Shown here: piece after piece, positions 1-12,068 of the stretch
How positions within the stretch are numbered: position 1 is the stretch's first letter
Layout of the letters: each line of letters begins with the position of its first letter
Assembly: GCA_965113315.1 (NCBI GenBank)
Contig: OZ220364.1
Reading direction: 5' to 3' (one strand)
DNA length: 64,000 bases
Origin: Podarcis vaucheri
Lineage: Eukaryota
The notes under the pieces: generated by a model
The model's input: only the letters and a program-made list of their open reading frames with translations
What the model was told of the DNA's origin: nothing
The model's database searches: none
Made by a program: the position numbers and the translations under genes

Positions 1-650
1 CTTGGGATGGGGGAAACTCAGGCCTCTGTGTGTGTGCGCGCACAAACCGTTGACTTTTGCGCTGCTTGGAATGTAGCCTGTTGTATAAAGATAAGCAGGC
101 TTTAAAAAAAATGCTGCTTGCATGAGAAACAAAACAAGGCACCATCGCTCCTGATCAGCCATCTTTAATTTAAAGTTGTAAACATGGATCAGAACTGGGT
201 CACTAGAGGGTGCTTTTAACCTCCCTTGTTCCTGTAACTCTTTCCCCTCGAGCTGACATTCCTCAGGCTCGGAGCTGTGCCTCTAGGATAATATCCTTTC
301 ACCTAAAGGGCCAGCTAGTTCTCTTCATTGACCATGCCACTCAGGGGTGCTGCTCTCCTTAAGGCTGAGAGTGGCAGTGACAGCTCAAGTGGACGAGGAG
401 TATGTGTACATGCGCATACGCACAAGAGAAATGGGACTGAGCAGCTGACAGGGTTTGGACATGTAGAGGTCCACTAATTTAGGAGCATGACTCTTGGTTA
501 CAAGCTACCTGGGACAAGTAAAGGCTGAACTTCCATCCCTAACCTCACAGCTCCAAAGAGCAGACAAAACAAAAACATAACAACTCAGTGGGCACTGGGA
601 ACCTGGGGGCAGGTTGTCTGATACTTGGCACTTGTGTTTGCAAGTGTGGA

Positions 651-3600
651 TCACACGCTGAGCTTCCAGACTTCTACAGAGACGCCACCAGAGGCAGCAA
701 CGGCCATGTTTCCTTCAACACTGATCTGAAAAAGAGGAGAAAGGAAAGGGTGGGTGGTGGAGGAAATCTAAGTACAGTGAGCAAAAGTCACAGAAGCCAA
801 AACACCCCCCCCCCCAGCACATAACCCCACATAACAAAGACAGCTATGGGTGCTTTCTCCCACAATCTCCCCTGCTCCCTTTCTCAGGTCGGGGGCCAAT
901 ATAAAAAGTCTGTAACTAGGTTGACGAGCACCCCCGCAATCCTTACCCCATTTAGCACACAGTTGTGTGTTCGTGAACAGATGACCTTGGGCGGATCTGT
1001 GGGAACATGGATCTGGAAGAGAAATCCAAGAGGTTACGGTATAGAAGCTTAAAATCTAATGAAATGGAAAGTTGCGTTTCAGTACCACACAAACAATGGC
1101 TAAGTAGAGAAAATAGTGTATGGGACAGCGCAGATTGATTCAGAGTCACAAGGGTGTTGTACCAAGGCAACTATTTGGTAAGAAAACCTCCAAAAGAATG
1201 ACCTGTGTGACTGAGAAAGACCAGGACTGCAACTGGTCTGCAATCAGGGACATGGAAACCTGGTATGAAAACAGCTTTGTGCGGGTTCTGGCCTTCCTTT
1301 ATCATGGCTATGCCAAGCTATTAGTTCTCCCTCAGCTGGTGAGAGACTCCAAGGGGTTTGGCTGCTTTAGCTAGGAAGACTCATCTTTCATGCTCTGTCT
1401 TTCAGCCTGAAAAAAGGACAGGTTTTGCTTTGCCCCCACAGGTGAAGGATGGGATTGGGAAGCCCTGTCTCCTAGGCCTGTCTGTGGTTCAGACCTGTAA
1501 CTTAAACACTACCACAATTCTTACACGCAGTGTCTTGTCAGTGGAAGTTGTGTAAAGTGCACCCAGTGAATGTTGGATTCCCGTGATCTGAGAGCGGTGA
1601 CCCACATCGAAATACTGTGGAACAAAACAAAAACAGAGTGATGCTTTGAATGAGAGACAAATGCTAGTATGCTGCTGCTGCTTATTTTACAACTGGTTAG
1701 GCACTAGCAGTTCGAAAGCACCTCAAAGTGCAAGTAGATAAATAGGTACCGCTCCTGTGGGAAGGTAAACGGCGTTTCTGTGCGCTGCTCTGGTTCGCCA
1801 GAAGCGGCTTAGTCATGCTGGCCACATGGCCTGGAAGCTGTACGGCGGCTCCCTTGGCCAATAAAGTGAGATGAGCGCCGCAACCCCAGAGTCGGACACG
1901 ACTGGACCTAATGGTCAGGGGCCCCTTTACGTTTAGGCACTAGTGATTTCTATACTATCAGCAAAACATGCTTATTTGGGTTCAGAAGCGACACTGGCAG
2001 AAGAAAAATGGCTCCAAATGGTCAAAACTCATGAGATTTCTAAGGTGAATCCCAGCAGTGTTATAAATATCTCTACAATCTACTGTAAAGCAACACCTTA
2101 TGCTAGGCTATGCTTTGCAAAGCACAAGTAATTTCGTGGGTGGAGATTAGAGAAGTACCATATTTCTCCGCGATTCAACTTCTCAGCGTACCCGGATGTG
2201 CTGGAAACACCCTCCTTTGTTTTCAAAGACATACAGCTGCCCATTGTTGTCTCCAGCCCATAGCTGAGCACCATGGTATGACATGGTGAGGAGGTAAGAG
2301 TCCAGCTAGGGAAAGAATGGAACTCATGTCACTGGCATTAATCAAGGTATTGTACTAAAGTAAAGCAGATAGCTCAACTAAGTGAAATAGATGGTGTATG
2401 CTAAAGTAGAAAACAAAAGATGCCCCAAGTTACTTGCCAATATAAAATATGGGGCAAAATTCTTGAACCTAAATAAGGAAAATTAGCAGAACTGAGGCTA
2501 GGTTCAAACACAGTGCAAAACTATGGTTTGTGCTAACCATGAGCTTCCACATGAACAAGCAAACCATGGTTTAGAGCTGCTTTTCTGCCTTTAGTTTCCC
2601 ATTTGGCTCAGCACTAAGCTTCAAAAGTTCACCCTTGAGTATTCGCTTGAGGTAGAGCTACTTCCATTTTCATGGTATAGCAGCCTCATCAGGCAAAACA
2701 ATGACCCCAACAAACCACTCTGAATTCAGTCAGCACAGAGCTTCTGTCTGTGCTTTCAAAGCCTGGTTTGCCAGTCCCAAACCAACTGGGAGCAAGCTCA
2801 TAATGCGAAACCATGGTTCAGCTAAAGCAACTGTGGTTTCATGTAATGCCTGAATGCAGCCTGACTGTAAAGCAAAAACCGCCCTCTGGAATGTCTCCCA
2901 CATGGCCTTGCCGTATAAACTTAGGAGAGAAAAGGTCAGGCAAAAGCAATGCCAAGTTAAATAATACTTGGGCGAGGCCAGATCAAGGTCCCACTAAACT
3001 CAAGTCCCTCAACTTGGAATGTGTAGCTTCCTGAGCCATATGGCTCTGAGTTTTATTGAGCACAAGAACATACCTAATCTGAACACAAGTAAAAGCCTGG
3101 GATTTGGTTTGTAGTCCCAGACCTTCAACTAATACAGAAATAACTAGCACTCAAGCTCACAGGATTAAGGATTCTCCTGACAAACTCTGGAGAGAACACC
3201 CACAGATCCTGGTTTTCTAAGCTGCTTTCTAAGGAATTCTTGGCCATCCTCAGCACAAAAAGGAGAGTCAAAGTCTGTAGCTCACCTGTAGCCTCTGGAG
3301 GACACTGTTGGCCCTCCTGTCAAAACAGACCAGTGTTCGGTCCTCACTGCCAGAGAGAATGAAGTGCTCATCAGCTGCAAGTGATAGGACTGCACTGGAA
3401 TGAAGCTTGCGGCTCTTCACTGGGGCTAGTGCAGCTGTGAGAGAGGACCAAGAGATGCATTAACAGAGCCCAGGCACTTACCCAAGTTCTGACAAAAGAA
3501 ATGCCTCATTCAGCAAGCACCTCACAGATATTCTCTCTCCCTTGTAGGCCATAGTCTTCCAGCTGAAGTCACTTTCATTGGGCAATAACTAAGTAGCAGA

Positions 3601-6600
3601 GCTTCTGGGTGCTCTCTAGCCAGCTCTTCCCTACTCCTGGCAAATATTGGGGCAGGAGGCAAAGCTAACCATTGCAGTGATTAGATGTAGAACAGCAGCA
3701 AGGATTTCCTTTAAGCAGGTCATATTTTTCTAGCCTAAGCAAGTAGCGTTAAAAAACACTATTTCATTGCGCAGAGTTTTCTAGATAAGATGGCTGCCAG
3801 AAGCAGCTACGTGCTAGCCACTTATGTGAACTGAATGGAGGTATCTGGCTGGGTTTCCTGGCTGCCTGCCCCAGCCCTTCTCCTTCCCTCAGAGGAGATA
3901 GCAAACTTATCTATACGCCTGCCACCCCATAGGCACTGACTGCTTGCAAGTGAGCATGGCAGTTGCAGCTCAAAGCACCAGTATCCACAGGAAACAACTG
4001 ACACTAACCTCGAGGGTCATATACTGACACCTTCTTGTCATAGGTTCCCGTGACTAGAATGTCAGGCAGATATGAAAGGCACAGCACAGCTGCTTTTCCT
4101 CTAGAACAAGACAAGAAGGGAAGAATCAGGTGAAGGGCCAGAGCACACACTTCAAATAATATATGAAAGTCAGTCAACCTCTGCTTAGCCTTAGACCTAG
4201 ACCAATAGGATTTAGAAGTGGGATTTGCTAGTTCTCGTTTTGCTGCCTTCTATGCCATCCTGTAGGATGAAGCAACCATCCTCTTAACGCCTGCCACACA
4301 TTAGCTGAGACTTCTGCCTCCCCTGACCTCACAAATCAGAAGAACTAATTCTTTCCTATATGCAATACACAACTTTCCCCCGTTTCTGCCCTCTCCTTAA
4401 TTCCTTCATCTGGCTTTTTAGTGAGCTCTTGGTCACTAAAATCAATGAAGGTCTAGAGTACCCAGTGCTGTCACCAACACCTTAAATCCTTTACTACAGG
4501 GGCAAAGCGATCCTGAATGATTCCACTTTTTGCTCATCTTATTTAGAGGCAAGTTTTCGTACCCCACACCCTTGCCTCTAATCCTCCTTAGCAACATTCT
4601 GTTCTGCCTAAACAGAACAAGGCCTTCAGCCAAGACAAACCTCTCATGCATCAGCTTTGCCAAATAATGCCCCCACAGATTCAACACAGAACACTGCGAT
4701 GAGGCATCATACTCAGCTGAACATGTAGCAAAACTCCAGGTTCTGCCACTCCCAAGTGCTACTCCATTCACAGGGGAGAGCACAGAGGCAACCTTACTTG
4801 ATTTCTCCACACTGTTGTCCATTAGCAGCTATGTCCCACAGCTTCACTGTGCTGTCCCAGGAGCCAGAGCACACATGGTCATCTCTTGCAGCCAGTGACC
4901 AAACCCATCCCTATGCAGTGAAAAGAAAAAGCAAGAGCCATCGCTGCGCTTCAGTCCTTTGTTTAGTAACACTGTGATTATCATTCTGGTGACATGCAAA
5001 GAACTTGTGATCTTGCCCTACTGCAGAGGATAGCCCAAGAAGGTATGGACAGACCCAAATAATTAACTCTCTCCAGAAGATGAAAAAGGAATAGTTCATC
5101 TTTCTACTATCCTCCTGAACTGGAGAATGCAGCAAAGCAGACTAGCATGGATAGGGGACAATTGTGGGATTTCCCTTTTCAAAAGACAGACATTTCTAAT
5201 ACAACTCTGCTTGGGTGTGAGAAACTGGGTTTGGCTAAGTCAGGAAACAGACAGCAGTTCAGAATGGAGCAACTGGTCCAGCTTTGCATTACAGAATCTT
5301 TGAGCGTGGAATACACTGAACAGAAGTGCCTCAATATCTTCTCCCTTTCATAAAGGCTTGCTGCTCTCTAATCAGAAGGACAGGGAAGAAGTGCAGCCTT
5401 CAGATATCATCTCCTGCCTGGACAGGATAGGCCAGTTTTCCTCCAGGACAGACAACAACTATCCAGCCCCCTTCCCTCTCATAACAACTATTTACTGTGT
5501 GGCCAGATGCAAAAGGGTGTTGGCCATTTGGAGAGGCAACTTAAAGCTTTTTACACTTCTAACAGACGACCAGTCTATTTTAGACTAACAAGCTGTGTTT
5601 TCTGAAGGGACAGGAAAGGTAAAAGAATGCTGGGACAATTAGTAATGTAAAGGAGGTGGTGTTGATATTAAGAAGAGTGAGAACGGGAAGCAGTTGTACG
5701 GTGGGAGAACTGCCACTCACTGCAAGGCAGTGCCAGGTAAGAAACAGATTGATCTGGGAGAACTGGCCTTGAATCTTTCAGAGGGGGATGTATGTGTGGA
5801 AATTTTGAGCTGATATGCTATTTCTGCTACTCATTAATCTTCTGTGTATTTAAGTGTTCTAGACGTTAGCAACAGTAGTGCTTCTGGATTAAACATTTAC
5901 AGGATAGGATAATTATAGAATTAAAGTACTACCACTACATGACCTAGGGGCCATAGACTCCAGACTCTGGTTACCTTGTGTGTGCCATTGCGCTCTGTCC
6001 CCAGTGCCTTCACCAGCACTTTTTCTGGTGCTTTGCCTAGCTCTCTCAGGTCCCACAAATTGACATTTCGGTCCCGGGAACCTGAGACACAGAGCTTCCC
6101 ACCCTGGATACAATGAAAAACAACTGATTACTGTAAAAGCTGAGACACTGTCCCTCCTTCTTAAGATACTTCAACAAACAATATACAGGGTAGTGATATT
6201 CCAGCACATTGCAAAGTCATACGAAAATGTATCACCAAAGCAACTATTCCAGAGTAAGGAGTGTGAATAAGCAAACAAATAAATCACAGAAGAAGTCTTT
6301 TTCTTTCAGTCAATGGTGTATTAGTAGAAGCAACATCAACTCGTAAATCAACCTAAAGACGCTGTTCCGGTACAACCAGTGTTTCTTCCCATAAGAGGCT
6401 TAATCATCGAGCTGTATAATGTAGTCTAGACAATATACAATCAATAGTTTAGACAAATCTGTCCCTCTGTGCATTTATTCCATAAGAAGAACAGAAAGAG
6501 GCTATGTAGCCTTCTATTTGCTGGCCTTCCTTCTTGAGGCAGGCACTAAAAAAAACAAAAAAAAACACCTCTGCATGAAGGATATGCACAAGGACTTCCA

Positions 6601-9208
6601 CATCAGGGCTTCTCCCTTCACCCCACACATCTACCGAAATTGGCTCAGGGTTGGCGGGGCAGGAGAACCCCCAGAACAGCGCATGGAGGGAGGAGACCAG
6701 GATAATTCTTCCTACCCTCCATTCATGGAAGCCTTGGCTGGATCACATACCTTCCCTATGTGGAAGAACACAACTGGACACAACCCACTGACTGTATAAT
6801 TTTCAAACTGAACACTGTAATCATAAATGTTAACTTGAAAAAAAAAGTAGTTAAGGTGCATGCCATTGCTGGTACTCCACTCAGCATACCGGACCATGAA
6901 TCCTCCCAGCTAAAATATTCTGGGTTGTAACCAACAAAATTATTGCATGAGCAGTGGAACAACTTCTCTCTCCTTCTCCTCTAGCTCTGGGGGTCTCCCA
7001 ACCCTCCAAAGCAGATTTAGGGGTGCGCACTGGGGGATGATGCAAAGTTTTGTTGAGTGAGCTAAAATTGTTCCACTCATGCCATGTCCACTGTCAGTCT
7101 TAGAGGTTTAAATTCAGAGTCAGCCCTCTCTTCTAAGGAATGGAATGCAATGTGTAAGAAATGGAACTTCTGCTGACAATTTAGATGAATGAATTTTGTA
7201 AGACTGATTTCTCAGATGAGTAATCACAGAGAGGTTATGACAAAATAATATTTCAGAACACACTCCTAACTTCATGACTGCTTGTTCACAGACTCTATCA
7301 ATCCTTAATATTGTACAAATAAAAGCAGCACAGAAAATGTGACTTTTACCTGGAGCAGCAGCACAGAGTCAACTGATGCAAAGTGTCCCTCAGCAAGGGA
7401 AAAGTGCTCTGTGTTCCTGCCATTTTCTGCCCATTGTTGGAGGTGCTCCTCTAGTTCAATGCAGGCAGCTGGCCAGTTAAAGGCATCATCTGCTGAGACG
7501 TGAAAAAGGCATAAAGAGATGCTATTCTTCCTTTGGGCTTTGCAGAACAAACTCAGGCAAGGCAAGCAAATGTATATACAGTGGTACCTTGGGTTACAGA
7601 CGCTTCAGGTTACAGACACTTCAGGTTACAGACTGCGTTAACCCAGAAATAATACCTTGGGTTAAGAACTTTGCTTCAGGATACAAACAGAAATGGTGCT
7701 GCAGTGGCGCAGCAGCAGTGGGAGGCCCCATTAGCTAAAGTGGTGCTTCAGGTTAAGAACAGTTTCACGTTAAGAATGGACCTCCGGAACGAATTAAGTT
7801 CTTAACCCGAGGTACCACTGTACTGTATCTTATTTACAACATTATCCATTGCTTTTCCATACAAGTGTCCTCAAAGAGAGAAAACAGTAGTTATATAACC
7901 ATAAAAGTGGGTTTTATCAATTCGGAAAACTTTGGAGACTGAAAGGACATTATCTTTAATTGCAGAGCCAGCACTCAGCACTATCAGTTTGGTGTCAACA
8001 TTACACCCAATTCTGGGCTCAACTGTAACTCTCTAAAAATTAAAGGCAGGTTTTCAATTTGAAACAAAAGAGGCATGGAATCTAAAGAGCAAGAATGGGC
8101 AGGAAGACACTTAGCCACAAATGTTTATAGAATAATGTTTAAAAACCCACAGGAATACAGTGGTACCTCGGGTTAAGAACTTAATTCTGGAGGTCCGTTC
8201 TTAACCTGAAACCTGAGGTACCACTTTAGGTAATGGGGCCTCCCGCCGCCACCGTGCGATTTCTGTTCTCATCCTGAAGTAAAGTTCTTAATCCGAGGTA
8301 CTATTTCTGGGTTAGCAGAGTCTGTAACCGGAAGCACCTGTAACCGGAATCGTCTGTAACCCGAGGTACCACTGTACTAACGTCCATCCATTTCAGCCTC
8401 CCTATCTGAAATAACAGTGATTTCAGCTGCCAGTCGCCTGGAACAGCAGAGTTGAAGGGCAGCATATTCTGGATTCTGCTATTGGACACAGCCAGTGAGA
8501 CCAACAGACCCCACCCACTGTCCAAAGAAGGAGCAGCTGCAAGGAGTTTACTCCCTGCCAGAAAAAAAACCTCGTAAGAACTTTGGCGTCTAAGAACACA
8601 TGAGTTCGCTTTATTCCTCCTCCATGCCCAATCCCATTTCTTTTTGTGCTGTGTCTTTTAGAACGCAGGTCTGAGAACAGTGATTATCTTATTATTGACA
8701 AAGCTGATCTGGAAAGGTTAGTTCATACTTGAGTTAAGAAGAGAATAAAACATGGTAGACAGAAAGGGAACCCACCTTCCACAACTGGATAGCTGCTGCC
8801 GATCCTCTTCAGCAGACGAATTCTCCAAGTGACTTCATCCTGCAGAATGTCCCTCAGTGTCTTGCAGACCAAAGGAAGGACACCCAGGACAAATCTGGGC
8901 TGCAGGTAGGAACAGATCTCCAAGATCAGCTCCAGAGGAAGAGATAACAGCCCTGAAGCTGTATCATCACTAACAGGAGACTTTTTCAGTTCCAGAGGAG
9001 GAGACCTGTGATCTGATACTTGGGCCTTATCACTTACTGAGAGAGATGTGGGAGGAAGGCACTGGGATGCCTGACTAGACTGGCTTGAAGATCCAAGAAC
9101 ACGTTCAATGTATTCCTGGGCCTGGGTATCTGGATCCGCTTTGCTCTCTGTGTCAGAATCATTATCAGAGTCTTGGTGTTCAGTAGAAGAATCAGGAGGA
9201 GCATCCAT
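651..9208 (-). CDS. FBXW9: F-box/WD repeat-containing protein 9, 10 coding exons, 466 aa
   Basis: Exons (-): 8776-9208, 7350-7489, 5975-6103, 4798-4910, 4009-4100, 3286-3434, 2192-2305, 1525-1614, 947-1012, 651-725. All GT-AG, phases consistent, total 1401 nt. F-box [16 protein letters not shown]; WD40 segments [44 protein letters not shown]; ends VEVWKLSV*. Confidence 0.95.
1704..1935 (+). mobile_element. Sauria SINE, 5'-truncated
   Basis: gtgcaagtagataaataggtacc..atgagcgccgcaaccccagagtc..ccctttacgttta; flanking repeat ttaggcactag; similar to the other three copies in the window. Confidence 0.85.
7579..7820. mobile_element. Tc1/mariner (Tigger-like) MITE
   Basis: TA|CAGTGGTACCTTGGGTTA...TAACCCGAGGTACCACTG|TA. 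Confidence 0.88.
8158..8374. mobile_element. Tc1/mariner MITE, same family as 7579-7820, opposite orientation
   Basis: Same TIRs and TA TSD; internal sequence is the reverse complement of 7579-7820. Confidence 0.88.
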
Positions 9209-9269
9209 ACCTGGATCAAGAACAAAAAGTGAGAGCTATGGTAAAATGTAAATCTATAATCATATACTA

Positions 9270-9520
9270 CAGTTGTACCTCAGAAGTCGAATAGAAACTG
9301 TTCCAGAAGTCCATTTGACTTCCAAAATGTTTGAAAACCAAATTGCAGCTTCTGATTGGCTGCAGGAAGCTCTTGCAGCCAATCAGAAGCTGCGGAAGCA
9401 CCATCAGATGTTCAGGTTCCAAAGGAACGTTTGCAAACCAGAACAATCACTTCCAGGTTTGCAGTGTTCGGGAGTCAAAACGTCCGAGTTCCAGGGCTTT
9501 TGGGATCCAAGGTATGACTG
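9270..9520. mobile_element. Tc1/mariner MITE with internal palindrome
   Basis: TA|CAGTTGTACCTC...AAGGTATGACTG|TA; central gcttctgattggctgca/tgcagccaatcagaagc. Confidence 0.75.
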
Positions 9521-9733
9521 TATTTTACTACTATCACTGTAATTTTTCAGTAAGGGTACAACTATTTTTAATGGACAACAGATGTTCTATGAAGTGTAAG
9601 CAAAAAATATATTTTTACATGGGGCCTGTGCTTTTATCTACCAAACCACAGGTGTAACTTCTTAAAAAAATAAACAACTAAATGGACAACTGGAAGAATA
9701 AGATCTTAGTTTATTAGTACATTTAATCCAATG

Positions 9734-9903
9734 AGCTCAAGTTGGCTCTCCTGCTCCCCATTTTATCCTCACAACAATCCTGTGAGGAAGGCTATGCTTT
9801 GAGACAATGGCTGGTCCAAAGTTCCCAGTGAGCTTCATGGCAGAGTCGGGATTTTACCCTTGGACTCCAAGGTCCTAGTCCAATACACTAACCACTACAC
9901 CAT
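9734..9903 (-). mobile_element. MIR/Squam3-like tRNA-derived SINE (related copies about 27860-27975, 47955-48115, 56390-56560, 59530-59665)
   Basis: ccccattttatcctcacaacaatcctgtgagg..cccagtgagcttcatggc..aaccactacacc, repeated in diverged form within the window. Confidence 0.6.
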
Positions 9904-10619
9904 GTCTATGCTTAGTGGTTCTCAAAGGTGGGGCAGGAGACGATGGCAAGTGTGGCAGAAAGATTCAAGGACTATCAAAGAAACAATTTAAAATTTCAGT
10001 GTAGTGTAGTATATACGGATATACAATCAGAAACAGTATCTATGCCTCTCTTCAAGAGCATTGGCTATTTTTCTGCAGTTCTCCACGACAAATTGAAGTG
10101 AACAGGGATTTTCAACTCTGACAAATTTGAAAGATCAGAAAAGAGAAAGGTTTCTTTGTGTTGATGAGATGTGTTTGTTTCAAATTAGACCTAATATAAA
10201 TGAGATTACCCAGCAAACGCAAACTCACGCCCCTCTCACTGAGGTATATACTTTGTGAATCGCCCTGAGATCTATGGATGAAGGATGGCATTATAAAATA
10301 TGCAAGAGGCTCGTTTACAATTATATTTTGGGAATGATTCATGTTCTTACGTAGCTGTATTGTTTTATACAGCAGAACCTGCATGTGGATAAGGAAATTG
10401 GGGGCAGAGCACACTATCGCCCCTTTTTCGCACTGACAGGTCGGAAAGGAGCCATGTTCTCTTTCCTAAGTACAGTAATAGAGATGATAAGCAAGTGGAG
10501 GAGGAATTATTACTTCCGCTTCCCAATCCAAGAATCATCCTGCAGAAGTCCGGGAGGCAAAGCCAGAGGACGTTGCAGGCAGGTGCAAAGAGAAATGCCA
10601 AATCCAACTCGCAGGTAAT

Positions 10620-11100
10620 CCCATAAACAGCGCAGGAGTCACACCCGCCCCGGAAGCCATGGAAAAGGCTGGCGGAGACGGCGGAGACCGACGCCCGCCC
10701 GCCCTCCTTCCACCCCGCGGTGCTTTCCTGCCTCCTTTCTGCCCCATGGCCCCTCTCACCCGTGGGCCGAGCTGCCTCGACCTTTCTCCCAAAGCGGAGC
10801 GGCGAGTATCATGGAGTCAGGGCAGCCTCTCCAGGATCCTGACAGGGCTGAGCCGCCGCCTTCTCGCGTCTCGTCTCCAAGGAGAAAACACTTCCGGCGC
10901 GGCGTAGTGACGTCAGAAACTCGTCTCTCTGCCGAGTCCGACCATTTCAGGCCAGGCGGCTCCGCGCTGCCTTCGGGACCACTGCGGCGTGTTGCGTGTC
11001 GGGGGCCGCGGAGCAACCCAGGGCTGCTAAAGCGGCGTTTTCGCGCAGCGGCAGCTGCCTCCGGTCAACAGGATCAGGTCGAGGCCGCTTAGGCGTGCCA
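10620..11100. promoter_or_regulatory. CpG-island promoter of FBXW9 with probable non-coding first exon (donor after 10760)
   Basis: CpG-rich; ETS CCGGAAGTG (- strand, about 10889-10897); CRE TGACGTCA 10908-10915; minus-strand donor GG|GTGAGA at 10760/10759. An acceptor at 9211-9212 lies 2 nt before the FBXW9 ATG, so an upstream exon is expected. Confidence 0.7.
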
Positions 11101-11364
11101 AAGGAAGGCCTGGCTTCCCTCTTAGTAGGCACGTAAGAGCACAGGATCGCCATTTCAGTATTGTCCGAGTAGTTATAGTACTATCTTGTAAGCTTAGTTT
11201 ATTCCTTTGCCGTAACTGGCTGCGATTTGCTAATGGTTAGTAAGACAAACATGGACAGCTCAAAAGACAAGATTAAGAACATGTCTTCAGACTAGGCTTT
11301 AAAGAATAATATAAGGCAACTGCAGCCATTCATAAAGTTTTGGAATACAGTAGTTGTTTTCATC

Positions 11365-11445
11365 ATAGAACTGTAGAGTTGGAAGGGACCACTAGGGTAT
11401 GAGTCCAACCCTCTGCAATGCAGGAATCTCTTGCCCAACGTGGGG
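11365..11445 (-). mobile_element. CR1-type 3' tail fragment
   Basis: catagaactgtagagttggaagggacc..gagtccaaccc. Confidence 0.55.
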
Positions 11446-11918
11446 CAATGTCTTTTAAAACTACAAACTGACATGCATTTGAGTGACATGTTCTAATCAG
11501 TAAATTTTAGTATGAGCCAATAGGGACGTTCGCAATCAATGAATGTACAGTCCATGTGTTGAGCTGGACAAAGGAAAAAATGTGCACTCTTCCACACATA
11601 ACACTTCTGTATGTACAGACAGCTTGCACCAGTGTTCAGTGCAATGTGTGAACATGCCCAATATGCTGGTGTCAGATTTTTTTACCCAAGAAAATGGGAA
11701 TTGGATAATCTACACACATAACCTTCACACTGGTAAATAAAAATGTAACAGAGCTTATGTCAACAGAACTTACCAAAAGCCCTTAAGCATCAAGGTCTAA
11801 TTTTCTGAACATGTTAGTCACCAGTGAGGAAGAACTTGTTCAGAAAAGTGAATTACTACTGTTAGCCATACTAATAACTCAATAGTAGTATATTAATTAA
11901 CAACACAAGCTTTTTAAT

Positions 11919-12068
11919 GGTAGGTAAAGGGACCCCTGACAGTTAAGTGGAGTCGTGAACGACTCTGGGGTTGTGGCGCTCATCTCGCTTTACAGGCTGA
12001 GGGAGCCGGCGTTTGTCCGCTCCACAGTTTTTCCGGGTCATGTGGCCAGCATGACTAAGCTGCTTCTG
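11919..12068 (-). mobile_element. Sauria SINE 3' fragment
   Basis: ggtaaagggacccctgac..ctctggggttgtggcgctcatctc, the reverse complement of the SINE 3' end. Confidence 0.85.

Noticed and set aside
10535-11153. ORFs on both strands of CpG islands (also 45062-46526 and 48385-49162 apart from the RNF11-like exon)
   Set aside because: Stop-poor GC-rich DNA with no homology I recognise.
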